Source: Anthoceros angustus
Lineage: Eukaryota; Plantae; Anthocerotophyta
Assembly (NCBI GenBank): GCA_010909165.1
Contig: MU008235.1
Coordinates: 8,007 to 72,006, forward strand
Length of the DNA: 64,000 bases
Direction of reading: 5' to 3'
The position numbers were made by a program, and so were the translations under genes. The notes under the pieces were generated by a model, which saw nothing but the letters and a program-made list of their open reading frames with translations, was not told the DNA's origin and made no database searches. Positions 48,313 through 61,300 of this stretch are shown here, piece after piece; position 1 is the first letter of the stretch; each line of letters opens with the position of its first letter.

Positions 48313-48892
48313 CTTGAGCGATCTTCATTAGGCGTTGGGTGTTTTCTTAACTCGTCCCGAACGGAAAGGACGCTGGCCCGATTCAGCGATTCAGCTTGAC
48401 CCTTCTCTGCCGCGTGCAACACTGAACGTTACGCATTGGGGTCAATGTAGAACTCAAGCCCGGTTGAACCTTTAAAGTAAGATTCTCCCTAAAGTTCGCA
48501 TTTGGACGGATTCAGCCTTATCGTCACAATTGTACAGATTTTAGCAGACCTTATGTACGCAAAGCACGTTTTTACTGGTTGTATGTGAATACGTAACTCC
48601 TTGATGTCGTCTGCCAGGGACTTGCATAACGGGTTGTAGGTATGTGCTTTAAGGTCAATATGTACGTGTAGGTTGATATATAGAAATATGTATATGTTTG
48701 TGGAGTAGTTAGGTCTACTAGATATTTGTGCTTAATTGTATACAAGTGTACCGAAATATGTACTTACCTCATTAGTCGAGCGGATAATTATTGGGATGGC
48801 GCCTAACTTGGATGGTGTAGGATAATTGTCCCAATAGGAATCGAGGTATTACTAGCCATGATGCTATTTATGATGTTATGTTTGCGATGGCT

Positions 48893-49008
48893 TGTGAAAT
48901 TACTTATATAGCTTGCAATGGCTCGTGAAAGTGGTTATATAGCTTGCAAATAGCTCATGAAAGTGGTTATATAGCTTGCAAATGGCTCGTGAAAGTGGTT
49001 ATATAGTT
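48893..49008 (+). repeat. 32-bp tandem repeat, about 3.5 units
   Basis: Unit GAAAGTGGTTATATAGCTTGCAAATGGCTCGT. Confidence 0.9.
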
Positions 49009-49089
49009 TGGATGGAGCATTGGTATGTTTTACAGATAAGTCAGTCAATTTGGGCCTGACTTATACTGCCTATAGGGTGACTAAACTAA

Positions 49090-49300
49090 ATCTCCATGGT
49101 AGATGTGGTGATTATTGACCTTACACAAGAATATACCTCTGACCAGGTTATCCTAAACAATCCATGTTGGGCAGTAGTTGCAGTGGCAGCTTCCAAGGTT
49201 ACTAAGTATAGGGAATGCAAGCATACCATGTCTTCATCCTGCTTGCCTTGGAGACTTATGGGGCATTGCCTAAAGACTTTGATAAATTTACCAAGGCCTA
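49090..49300 (+). pseudogene. Fragment of a CRE-like non-LTR retrotransposon restriction-like endonuclease domain
   Basis: VDVVIIDLT...AVAASKVTKY, then after a frameshift LALETYGALPKDFDKF. It is homologous to the minus-strand copy at 49900-50130. Confidence 0.6.
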
Positions 49301-49681
49301 TGCCAAAGCATACCATGTAAGGACATATGGAGTGGAGCTACCTCTCTCCTATTTCACAGCGTTCTTTTGGTAGCGGGTGTCCATTGTCCTCATAACAACA
49401 CTTGCAGGGGCTATCTTACAAACCCTGATGCATCCTCAATAATATATATTGTTCAATAATATGTAGACCATTCAATCTCCCCAATTATGACATTGGAGGC
49501 ACTGTAAGTGACTTTAAACGTAGACCTTAGTTGCTCCTCTTTCTTCATTGTATCCTTGGGGTCTCATTCAACCCATAACGATGGGTCATGGATACTTCAT
49601 GTAAAAAAAAGAGATTGGAAATCCCATCTACCCCAAGAAAAAGGGGGAACAACCCTTAGAAGGGCATCATGCCAAGGGGGA

Positions 49682-50917
49682 CTAGCCCCCGCGATCACTC
49701 GTCTTGAAACTACCTACTGCTTGAAGAATTTTGTGGTTCGGGATGTGAAAAGGCCTGCCTACCACTAGTGCCGAAGATGTCGCATCACTTGCGCTTGCCG
49801 CCGTCCTGTACACTGCGTTCGCCAAAGCCCTTTTAGACCAATGGACACTCGTTGCTTGAAGAAAGCCACAATACAAGAAAGGGGGAGACCAATCCCATTC
49901 TTACAAGAGTGGTAAGCCTTGGCATGTGCCTCGACGAACCTATAGAAGTCCTTGCCTATAGCCCCGTGAGTCTCGATGGCAAGCGGGATGAAGCCGTGGT
50001 CATCCAGCATGGGAGAGTAGTTGTGGATCTTCATAATCACGCATCCCTCTGTCGCCCACTCCGGGGGGTTGAGGATAACATGCTCATAGACATTGTCTCG
50101 GGTAGGGTCTATTACGGTAACAGCTATATCAGCAACACAAACTTGGTCCCCCCGAGTCAAAAACATATTAGCCCTGAGAGAAACGTCATTGAGCTCAGTA
50201 TATGGGCGCTCTCTATAGGGAAAGAACCCTCTAGCGCTCTCCTTAGCCATCGAGAACATCTTGGATAGCGTCATGCGTAGCAATGCGCTAGACAGCGAGT
50301 TGTGGCGCAGAGTCGTCGAGGGGGGCCCCATAGCTGCATGTTGAGAGAGAGCAGGCCAGAGGTCGAACCAAACCTAGACGGAACCTCCTCCCTTCCTCGA
50401 GTAAGAGCGGAGGCGAGCTCGAGTGGGCTTGGGGATGGAGGAGTCTAGTAGAAGGGCTAGGTGCGCTTGCCCATAATGCTTTCCAGGAGGGATGCTTGAA
50501 GCCCTCGCAAACAACCTTGGCATGGCGAGAATAAAGATCCCTTAGCCGATCTTAAGAACGCATGCAAGAGGAAAACTCCCACCTTAACGCTCGAGATGAA
50601 GGCTTCCAAGATGAGGGAATCACGGATTAAGAAACGGGAGGCCAGGATGGAGGCAAAGAGGACTTAGCTCCCTGAAAAAGCAGCTGCTGCAAAGGCCTCC
50701 GTGACCAGCACACCAATGCCCCCAAAAGCGACATGAACACCTACCACCTCGCCATATCCCCGGCAGTGCACTCGAAGGTGCCCAGGCTGATGATATTGCC
50801 CAACATCTGCATAATCTGTTTGTCAAGGCCCCTGAGGCTAGTCAAGAAAGCCGGGGAGGGAGGCACCATTTGGAGAAGGTACCCTGGCCGACGAGTAAAA
50901 CAAGAAGAGAGGATACC
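49682..50917 (-). mobile_element. CRE-like (RLE-type) non-LTR retrotransposon, 3' portion
   Basis: RARLRSYS, CSYGAPLDD..(H)L...RIATHDAIQDVL (zinc-knuckle region), AKESARG, ADIAVTVIDP...MKIHNY...FIPLAIETHGAIG...QRVSI.L.RALANAV. Confidence 0.72.
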
Positions 50918-51199
50918 TGTGGAGTGATTTTCTAAACCAAGTGGTCACAAAGAGGCCACATTTACCCTCTTTATCGTTGTAGACTTGAGATTCGTACCCA
51001 AGGGAGTGATTTCGTGTCAAGACAACCAAAACATAGCCAATCCAACCAAACACAGACACACCAAGCATCTAGCAGTTACAGACCAGGCTACTATCCTAAC
51101 AACACTCAGACCTGTGGCTATCTTAGCCACGCCTGACCCTAATCTCTAAACCTAAACCTAGGATAACTCACTGCATAAAGGGTTGCAACTCACACAAAC
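50918..51199 (+). mobile_element. LTR copy C (same family as A and B), internally deleted and truncated
   Basis: Starts TGTGGAGTGATTTTCTAAACC and is the reverse complement of the end of copy A. About 270 nt present in A are missing. Confidence 0.8.
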
Positions 51200-51862
51200 T
51201 GTTGGGTTGGACTCTTATGGAGGAGACTTTTAGCCGACCCATCTAGGATTCAAGAGCTCACCAAGGAGGAGTACCAGGCTATGCTGCGAGCACAAGAGAG
51301 GGAGGAGTCCAGCTCTGGGAGGTGGAGATTTTGTGGGAGAGTTTGCCCAACCAGCCAAGAGGGAGGAGAGCAAGAGGAGAGCATGGGCCTAGGAGGCCTA
51401 GGAGAGATAATAGGGGTAAGTGACCCTGAAATAGTTGTAGGCCCATGTGCTATAGATAGACTGTAAATCTTATCTTCTCTCTTAGTGGGCCAAATTAAGA
51501 GATAGGCCCCTAGGACTGTAGGCTAAGACGATTGGTATTTTGGCAAACGTTGCAAGCCAAGTGGGTGATCTTGGGTATAAGAAGGCCCTCTTGATGAAAT
51601 GTAGCAATGTTGGTTTAAGGTCTTGGTGTTTGGGTGAGCACGGGGTTTGGGGGTACTGGATCCAAGGTCTTGTAAGTCTAGACACTTCTTTGTCACGTGA
51701 GAAGCCGAAGACCACCAAGCGTTTGCATCCGCAGCGATGCGCAAGGGTGGTGGAAAGCAAGTGGAGAGCGCCCCCTCGTTTAAGCCTACAACGACATTGA
51801 GGGTGAATGTGGACCTCACGTGTGTCCCTAGATACAAATTCACACTCCACATTTTGGCGCCA
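51200..51862 (+). mobile_element. Putative gypsy 5' LTR (TGTTGGG...TCCACA) with TGGCGCC-type PBS
   Basis: TG start at 51200, CA at 51850-51851, then TTTTGGCGCCAGG, an Athila/Tat-like PBS pattern. Confidence 0.55.
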
Positions 51863-54800
51863 GGCTGGAATGAAATCACAAGGACGTAGGGTGAACTAAC
51901 CATAGCCTAAGTAGAGAGTCTAGCATTACTAGATTGATAGATGGATGCCTCGGGAAGACAAGTGACTCGATCCGATTTGGGAAATGACAACGCCAAGCAG
52001 AAAGGTTGCAGAGTCACGAGGAGGGCGCAGGGGAGGCCACACCACTGGACGGAAGAGGAGAACAGGACAGGAATTGAGGCGATCGACTCAGATTCCCAAC
52101 TCGCCACGAGGGTACAAGGCCTGTACCCCAACCCGACCTTTTCAATCTCCGCCCAGCGCTAGATCCCAAACCAAACTTGCGAGTGTGGAAGCACCGAGGG
52201 AAGTTGTATCCCACCGCACAAGTTGAAAGTACTACCACTAGCTATGACTACTACTCCGTAGTTACCACTAAGCAACCCACCTGCTGTATGGAGAGAAGAA
52301 GGCCATGAGGATCCCGACGAGTTTGTTGCTTTGAGCACCGACGCCGCCAACCGTGAGGATGCAACGTGCCCAAATTGTCTATGGAGTCATGGAGCGGCCA
52401 AGTGGTACAAACGAGAGTATAGCTTCTTCCACACCCCACCACCTTTGGGGCCTCAAGAGGGCTTTTGTAAAGGTTTAGAGGAGTCGATGTGGAAGGATAT
52501 GTCTTGTCCAAACTCGAGGGATTGCGGAGAGGGAAGAAGGAGACCCTGTTTATGTGGAAAGGTTCCACACGGATCGTGGCCGACCTCACTGAGTTAATGG
52601 CAACCGCTGGTTCGCAAGAGGTCCGGCCCGAGATGGGAAGCACGACGAGAAAGACTTGATCGGGATCAAGGCCGCCGAACTACGAGGAGTCCAATGCAGT
52701 AGGGAAAAGAAATCAAGAAGGGATACGAGAGACAAGAAGAAATCCAAGAAGAAGAAGTACTACTCATCCTCCGGGCTGAGCCCACTGAGGAAGATAGCTC
52801 CTCACAGACTCTGGATAGTTCCATGGAAGAAGAGACCAAATGATAGCTGAGGAAGATTCATGAGATGAGCGTCAAGGGAGAGAAAGAAGGAAACGAAAAA
52901 TGAGTGGGAACTAAGACGCCGCGCCAGAGGAAAGGAGCTGGTGTATGCAAAGAAGGACGCGGAGCAGGTGAGAAGAGAGGTGGAAACAGCAGCCAAAAAG
53001 GTGGAGCAACAGGGGAACAAGATGGAAGAAATGATGGCCAAACTGGAGAAACTTCATCTCAATGCCATAAAAGACCACGAGAGGAGAAGGGCTGCTACGG
53101 GGGCACGGGCGAATCTCTTCTGCTCAACTTGCGGACAGCAGGGGCACTCGAAGTCGAACTGTCCACAAACAAAGGTGCAACTGCTGGGCTACGAGGAGGA
53201 TGAGGAGGAGATGTGCTTGGAAGATACATACCAAATTCAAGAGGCGACACCAATTTTTGGGTACCCGAAGACTTTATACCCCTCAAGTTTACGAAACTCC
53301 CCAAACATGGGTGTTCGCAATCAGATGGCAAGGAACCCCGGGCAAATGAGTGCCATTCGATTTACAATTGCCGAGGATTCGCATCTTAGTGCCCTCAACT
53401 CGCCAGAAATGGTGATTTTGAGAGGCTGTGTGTGGATTGCAAGCAATCGGGGCACGTGGTGGCGGTGTCCTCGATGAACATGTGAGGATTGCTCAACCTT
53501 CACCCACCCACCCATGGAGCAAAATCCGTTACGATGATGCGTCGAACGCTCATGGCGGTATGGGAGGATTCCGAGCGGAAATTTTGAGGATTGGAGGACA
53601 TGGAGGGTACTATGAGGAGACCTGCCATGGCTTCGAGCGGAGCGAGAAGGACACCCTCGGAAGGGGGCAGGGAAGAAAGAAGGAAGGATTGGAAGCCTCC
53701 GTAACATCGAGTGAGGAGGAAGTCACGTCTTCATCGGGTGAAGGAAGGGGGGACCAAAGACCCCGAAGGGGTCGGGAGGGGCAGCAATCGGAGGTGGCGT
53801 GCGGGTCGGGGCATGGCGGCAGATGCACGCCACACTGCGATTTTGGCGTCACGATGACTTCCTCAGCAGTTGAGGGATGACGTGCAGAAAGGAGGGAGCC
53901 AGATGGGGGTAGAACTGGAATCGCGAGATCTGGCGAAAACCAGCGGCGAGAAAAAGGATGAGTTAGGGTTTCCGCGGATGTCGAAGGAAGTCATGGAGAT
54001 GATCCGAGAGGGCGGAGCGGAAACGACCACCACACCTCATCCCTCGGCCACAACCACTCAAGCCATCACACGGACACTGTGGAGCTACCGCGTTGTTGAA
54101 GCAGTGGGGGAGCGAGAACACGGTGAATGTCCTTTCAATCATGGCGGAGGCCATCATGGACCAAAAATTCATGATAACATTTGGACAGCTTCTCGGGGAC
54201 AATCCGAGGTACCGCCAGATCCGTGGGCATTGAAGGCAGACAACCCAAGAAGAGGGACCCTTCCCAAAACAAGGCCGAGGCCCCTTGCGTGAACATGGTG
54301 GCCATGGTGACCAAGGTCCGGAGCTGAGATAGAAATCTCGGATGCGTTATCAAGAAGTACCTCTGGATTACGGGTGGGGTCAACATCATGACGGAGGACA
54401 CAAGTTGGAGATAGAACACACATCCAAGGTCTGCGTCTTGCGGACATGTCCAGATGATGACCGGTGGGGGAGTTCTAACCCATATTGGTACCATTCCGTA
54501 CCTTATGGACTATGTGGTCATCAAACGTAAAGCTCGGATATGACGCTTTGATTGGCCGGACGTGGATGTATGGGGCGCTGCACCTTCAAGTGGGCAAGGA
54601 AGGAAGTGGGCTTCAAACCTGGACTGGGACCCCAAGGTTAAGGAAGGGAGGATATGTTTATCTTGGAGTCGAGATACGACGCAGGAGAGACGCCACGGAA
54701 ATGTATGGCTATACCTCTAGAAGACACATTTGGGGAGGAGGATGAGAAAGAGAAGTTCTGCTTGCCCACATTTCTTGGTCGGATGAAGAGCGGACTATCA

Positions 54801-55364
54801 AGAGACATTCCCACTCCATCACTGGTGGGTTATGGAGTGACAGCTGATCGCACTGTGTGGAAGGTACTACCGCGTAGTGGAAGGTGGAACTTGTGGAAGG
54901 TGATGTTGGCTCCCGGCGAAGCGTTGTTCATGCGGCAGATGGAGGGGAAGGCGCGTAATCGGAAGACAAGTGATGGTGGTACGAAATGAGAAGGGAGATC
55001 CGGATACACCAGGCCTACTTATTCGTAAATATTTGAGTTCTGAATCGGCAGCATCCCTGGACCTTTCAAGGCAACAAGATGCCTCAAAGGCATTATTCGA
55101 GTCCATTTGTCCGCCACAGAGAGCTTATAGGAGAGGGACCGACGGAAGAGAAAGGTTGTGGGTGGTACCGTGACTTGGACCTACCATATGACAAGATATA
55201 TGCACTTTCCGTGCAAGCTTCACCTTCATGGATGGGGCCATATAAGTCCTTGAAGTTTTCAAATGGCTCCATACCCAACAAGCTAGACGGACCCTACCAA
55301 CCAGGTCAATTGGAGAGTCAAGAAATATTATACGAGTTGGGGCGCCAACAAATGAGAAGGAGTA
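51863..55364 (+). mobile_element. Athila/Tat-like gypsy internal region: gag, protease, integrase tail; RT and RNase H absent
   Basis: Knuckle CSTCGQQGHSKSNC; protease-like GVNIMTE...GYDALIGRTW; integrase C-terminus WMGPYK...NGSI...VKKYY; PPT GAGAAGGAGTA before TGT at 55365. Confidence 0.7.
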
Positions 55365-57184
55365 TGTAAACGATCCGTATTGGAAACTCCTTGGATTGTG
55401 TCTTTGAGTGATTTTTGTTTTTTTGTTAAGTTTGGTGTCAAGAAGAGCTAGGTTATGAGTAGGAAGGGATATTTATAGTAGAAAGTGTCCTTGGCCTATG
55501 AGTTTTGGGTTGTTTCGGGGTTAATCGGTCCTTGGACTATGAACTCGATACTCCTTGGCCTTTGGTCTTGGAATATTTAATAGAAAGTCTATATATTTGG
55601 AGGGGTCCCCATATTTGGCGGTCCGTAGGCTAGAGGTCGAACCAACCGGTAGTTGAGTGTGTGGTCGTGGGGGTGTCTGAGGACTATGTTTGAAGATGGT
55701 TGGCGGCGGGTGATCGTGGAAGGAAGGCGGTCGCGGAAGAAGTGGTAGCGGAAGCCGGTTGGCGGTCGTAGAGTTTAGAAATATAACCCTAAGGGAACTC
55801 GGAAGGCACGGCCAGGCGTGTAGCTCAGGCATCCACAGCAGAGCCTGAGCTCGCACCATAAAGGCAGCCACAGTGTGGCGTGAGCTCGCGATTCTGGAAG
55901 GAAGAAACCACAGGGGGCCAGTTGGAGATTAGGCGAGTTATCAGCAATTGTATGGTGAGGGTTTTCATGGCGCCCAAGGTTGCGGCAGAAATTTCGCCCA
56001 ATGGCCAAATATGGACCATTGGAGGGTCCGAGGTGGAGGATTGGTGAGGAGCTGGGACTTGGGATCATGGAAAAACGTGGAGAGTTTATGGGAGGATTTC
56101 CGGATCGACAGAGGAAGGAGGACCCATAAATTTAGCAAAAGGGCGAAGGCGAGGCGACCGTCGGAGGGTGCGGAGATAACATGGGCGGGAGTAGTGGCAT
56201 CCTAGAATAGAACTTTGGATAGGATGCCATCCACGGACCTAAGGTCAAATTGTAGGCGCCTCTTGGCGTTCGGCCGTTTTAGGAAAAGTCGGTGGCTATG
56301 AGCGCAATTGTATAAAGGGCTTGGTTGTGCCCCTCACATCGGATAACTCTGGTTGAGATCCCCACGCTTGTGGCTGGTTGGAGCGTCCAATTGGCGGTGG
56401 TGTGCGCGAGGCGCTCTAGGGGTGGTCGAGCTTGCTCATAACCCGGTGGGGAGGGTGATAGAGCGTTCCTCGGCCGACAGGAGGTGCCTCACTCTCGAAC
56501 CAACGCCCATTGTAGCACCACTTTTGTCCATAAATACGGTGGTGCCTAGCCACGAGAGACCCCTTCACTCTCCGATGGTCCATGTTGGGCCCAGCTGGGC
56601 GATGCTGGTAACTCAATGGCCACGGGTGGTCTTCTTAGGAGCCATGCTTCACGGCACAGCGACTTAGGCTCGAGCTACAGGAGCAAAGTTTGGCTACGAC
56701 ACACCACCACTGGCACTACTCAACCACAAGCCTCACATCCAGTTCCCTCTTCAGTGCTCAGTCCTCTCGGCGCCAACTTCCAGTGGTCAGTTTAGCCCCG
56801 ACACCGCACTGGAGGATCTCTCTATGGAATAACTGCTGCTCGGCTCCCCGTTACTTCCCGTTCAGGTATTTCCCTGTGATTTCGCCCAAATAGGTTTTCC
56901 GAATTTATCGGAAAATAACTCCACTTGGTTGCTACCATAGCAATAGGCTCCAGGTCAGTTCTTGTGTCATAGGTCTTGCTAACCAGCTAGCAGCGTTAGC
57001 AACGGTCGAGCAGCCAACCCTCAGAGTTACGCCGGATCGGGGACTAGACTCTCTTCCTACTAGGCTCTAGTAGACTTTTCTTATTTCACCTACTTCACAT
57101 TCCAACTCACACGATTCTCACAACTTAAACACAAAACAAAAAAAACACTTCTTTTCGGGGGTACGTACCCATGTGGTCACCACA
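55365..57184. mobile_element. Two convergent 3' LTR-derived segments (TGTAAAC... on plus, TGTGGTG... on minus)
   Basis: Each segment begins with TG immediately after a polypurine tract. The internal boundary between them is unresolved. Confidence 0.55.
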
Positions 57185-58300
57185 TACTCCCCTTCTCATT
57201 TGTTGGCGTCCCAACTTAACGGTAATGCTTCTTCGCGCCAACCATTGACCACGGTTGTAGGGGTCCATCAAGTTGTTCTGCGTATGGATCCATTGTCGAA
57301 CACTTGCGGCACCAGGGACCCATCCATCTAAGATGCGACTTCGAAGTGCATGTACTTGTTAATCATCTGACAGCAAGTCCCGGAACAACGTACTCTTGTT
57401 TTTGCAACTTCCGGTCATGCCATTCCTTCCTCTTCTCTTGGACGTTACAGAATTGTCAAGGCTTGTTCTCCATGTCTTTGAACAAAGCCTATGAGCCTCT
57501 CAAGCGGCTCTCCTCCACCGTCATCCTCCTATGCTCGGACTCTCAACGTTGGCACTTCAAACTCAATGGGCATGGTGGTGAGTGCCCATAGGTGAGTAGT
57601 AGGGGGTGCAGTGTGTGGTCACCTTCTCCGCTCTGTCGCCCCTGGGAGTGAAGCTTCGGTCCCAATCGTCAGGTGTAGGTGATGGTCAACTTGTTGAGGA
57701 TCACAAAGCAACCCATTAGCTTTCTCGTGAGTCCATTCGCCTTGGGGTTGTAGGGGTGGTCTTCCTGGCTGATGTTGAAGTACTCCACCATGTGAGATCA
57801 CCTCGTTGATGAAATGGGTACCCACAGCCGCTAACCGTTCCAGGCACCCGTACCTGTGATGATGTGCTCAAACAAGAACACAGCCACCATTTTGTGTCCA
57901 CGGGCAAGGCTTGAGCTTCCACCATGCGGTCAGTGGTAGTCGTTGCTACCGGAATGATTGGCTCCCCTTGGTCTTGGTGAATCGAAGTCAATCCCCCACT
58001 TCTCGAAGGGCGCCAAGGCTAGGATAGGGACCAATGGCCACTGTGTGGTCCTGGTTGGCTTCCCAACCCTTTGACATGCATCACAATGCTTGATGAACTC
58101 CCTAGCATCAGCGTGCAAGGTTGGCCACCCATACCCTGCCTCCAAGATCTTCTTACAGGTCACGTTGGCAGCGTAGTGACCTCCAGCCTCCTCCTCATGC
58201 AAGGCGAGAACCCGGTCCTTTTGACCATCCTTGACCCACAACCTCTCAACTCCATGTGACTGCAACAGCAGCGTCTGGAAGTATAGGAACAACCTCATTC
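57185..58300 (-). pseudogene. Athila/Tat-like gypsy integrase with PPT
   Basis: HEEEAGGHYAANVTCKKILEAGYGWPTLHADAREFIKHCDACQR...PFEKWGIDF, followed by RWMGP...VNG and the PPT GAGAAGGGGAGTA. Confidence 0.9.
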
Positions 58301-61300
58301 TTGTGGCCAGTCATCGACATTGCTAAAAGCGAAAGACCTCCTCATAGGTGGCTGCAAAACTTCTCCCTCCCATTTGGTGTACCTCGTTTCCGATCAACTT
58401 GGCATTGGGTTTAGCACTCTCCTCATCCTCCTCCAGGCAAAGCTTCATCGGAAATGATCTTCTTGATCACGCTCCACCTTCTCCGTCTTCAAGCGAGACA
58501 AGTGATGGGCGTTCACATGCTTCCTCCCCTCACTCCGCCTCCCGCCGCCTTGACTGAGCCTCGCCGGCTTGGTGTTGGTCTAGCCGAGCCGCCTCGGCCG
58601 GTCGCGGGTTCTCCACCGCCCTCCTCTGCCTCATGCGCCGCCTCCGTTTGCAGGTCTTGAGCCGTGCTTGGGCCTCCTGCTTGCTTTGTCGCCTGGTGAA
58701 GGATCTTGGTCCGGTCTTCTTGGACCGTCCGGACTCCGCCTCGGCGTTTTTCCCTCCTCGACTCGGGCGGGGACTCCATATACGCCGCGCTGGGCCGCCT
58801 CCATCGCCCTTGAAGTTCCACCATCCTCCTCGGGTGGCCTCCACTTCTTGGGTCTTCTCTTGTCATGAGCCCCAAAGCATCCGTCCATGGTGGCTAACTT
58901 CGCGTTTCTTCCACGGCCGTTGAGGAGATGCCTAGAAAGTCAGCGTGGGCGCGGGCATCTCTGTCCGTCGAGGACCACCATCTGCGATCCGGGAGGTCGG
59001 ATTGGCTCTCGGACCTAATCGGGACCCTTAGGTCTGAGTCTTTGAGTCCGGAGCCTCACCTTCCTTAGCCCTCTTGGCGCTAACTCCTTCTCCGCCCTTT
59101 TCCTCGGGGCTCGGAGGTGGTGAAGGGTCAGGGGCCAGCCCTTTCCTCTCCCGGTCGGAGGCAGGCAGCTCCGGGTGAGGCTGCCAGTGGCCTCCGCTCC
59201 TTGGGCGGCGTCCCTCTCCGCCCACCGCCTTTGCCTCCTCAGCTTCTTGCCACTCCGTTGGCGAGGCGAACGCAGGCGGCACATCGTCTTTGTGTTGGTA
59301 GCCGTCTTCCGCCTCTTGGTTCCGAGTCAGGTCGAGCTCGGTGGCGTTGTTGTTGGGCTGGCGCTGCCGGCTGGAACCGCCAACTCATCTGTGGCTCCTT
59401 CTGCGCCGGCTCCTGGGGCACACGGAGGAGGAGGCGGGATGTCCTCCCACACTTCCCTCGGTGGCGAGGGTCCGCTCACGTATGGGTCAGAATTCCCTCA
59501 GTCGTCCTCCTCCGGACCCTCTTACTCCCGGGGGGCGGGCCTCCGCCTCTGCGCCCTTCCTACGCCTCCGGTGGGCGGCCAGCCCTTTTCCGGAGTGCTC
59601 GTTCTCTTCACCCTCCTTGGAGGTTCGCGTGCCCCACATGAATCAAAAGCGGCGATACGCCCGGAGTGGCTTCGCACCTCGGCTTGCGAGCCTGATTGAC
59701 CGGCGAAGATTATCACGCCCGATCGGCGTTTCCCCTTACATGAGTCGTGGAGGAACACGGTTATCCAAGGTGGTCCACCTTGGTGAGCATGTTCGATGGG
59801 CGATAATCTTGCGCCCAGCGTACCCTCCATCCAAGAGGTCGACGCCGACCATCCGTTGGAGGACTGCGTTCACAGTCGCAAAGGCCGCCACGGCGCTTCC
59901 ACCTTCCCCTTCACCTTGAGGTTGCCTACTCCTCCTACTTCCTCCATTGTGAACCGCCCTCGGGACCTCCAGTCCACCTCTAGGGTCCTCATGAGTTCTT
60001 GGATCGGACCTCCTTGTTGGCCGCGCCAACATCTTCGGCGTACTCCCGGACTAGGGTGGCCGAAGGTCGAGACGGCTGGAAAATGTCCGGTGCCACTCCC
60101 ACCAGCTCCTCCGCCTCCTCCGGCCACGGCCAGTCGGGTGGCGCTTGGTGGCGATGTTGCGCTCCACCAAGCGCCGCCACACGCCTCCGCCCGCTTTCTT
60201 GGGTCCCATCTTCACACTCCTTGTTCCATGTTGAGGCGTGAGGCTCCATGATCTCCGCTCCTCGGCCGCGGCGTCGGTTGCTTCCCTCGCCAAGTCGAAA
60301 TCGCCGAAGGGTACTGGCGATCAAAAGACAACTCGAGCCGGGTGTCGGCGAGAATGAAATCGAGTTGTTTGGAAGAATGACCTCCCTTGCTTCTCTCCGT
60401 CGGATGTAAGCGCCAGCGGAAGGCTCTTCTGTCCGTGGTGGCACATGGCCTCTCGCCTTACGCCTCGCTTACTCGGCCTTCTGCCGCCTACCGGGCGTGA
60501 ATACACCTATAGCGTCGCGGCAACCCTACGGTCTGGCTGCGCATGCCACTCGGTACCATCCGTGGCGCCCTGTCTAACTCACGCTCCAACTTCTAAGTTA
60601 CTTTACTTGGCGTACTTATCCCGTTTTGACCCGGAGTGGGGTCCGGACTTATCCGATACTCCGGTGCGTCGGAGGTCCTCCGGAGTGGGCTCCAAGGTCC
60701 GTTACCTACCCGGTCAGATGCGGTCAGTACGATCCGATCGATGTTCTTATTCCTCCCTTTCCGCCTTATTTTACACTCCATACCTACGAAAAAAAAAACA
60801 AACCCAGCTTATTTCCTAACCCCAAGGAGAGTCCGTTGTCCACACACATATGCATCCATCCACTTGAACTCTTCCTTCAGTGGGTACAGATCAGAAAGCC
60901 GGGACCTTGCCTGGAAGGAATGGTTCCCTCCCAAGACGAAAAAATTGTAAAGCCCTCTGTCCACCTTCTCAACGTCAAACTTCTCTTTGTCAGGACACTA
61001 TGAGGGGTCGACAACCACAACCATTGCAGCACACTAGCTACCCAGGGGCAGTGTTTCATCTTCTGCATCAAAGCCTCTACCCACGCAAGATCCAGCTTCC
61101 TCACCTTGGCTACCTCACACCGATCTTCGGGGGTTCTGCAACACTTGATTGACAACTTCAAGGTAGACTCCCACACTCACTTGATAGCAATTCCGTCCCT
61201 TTCGAGGTCCCGACTTGCATCTGCTTTTATGGTTACGAGCCTATCATTGCATCAAGCTGGCGACCGCGTGCCTTAGCTTTCTCCACAAACCTGGCATGGT

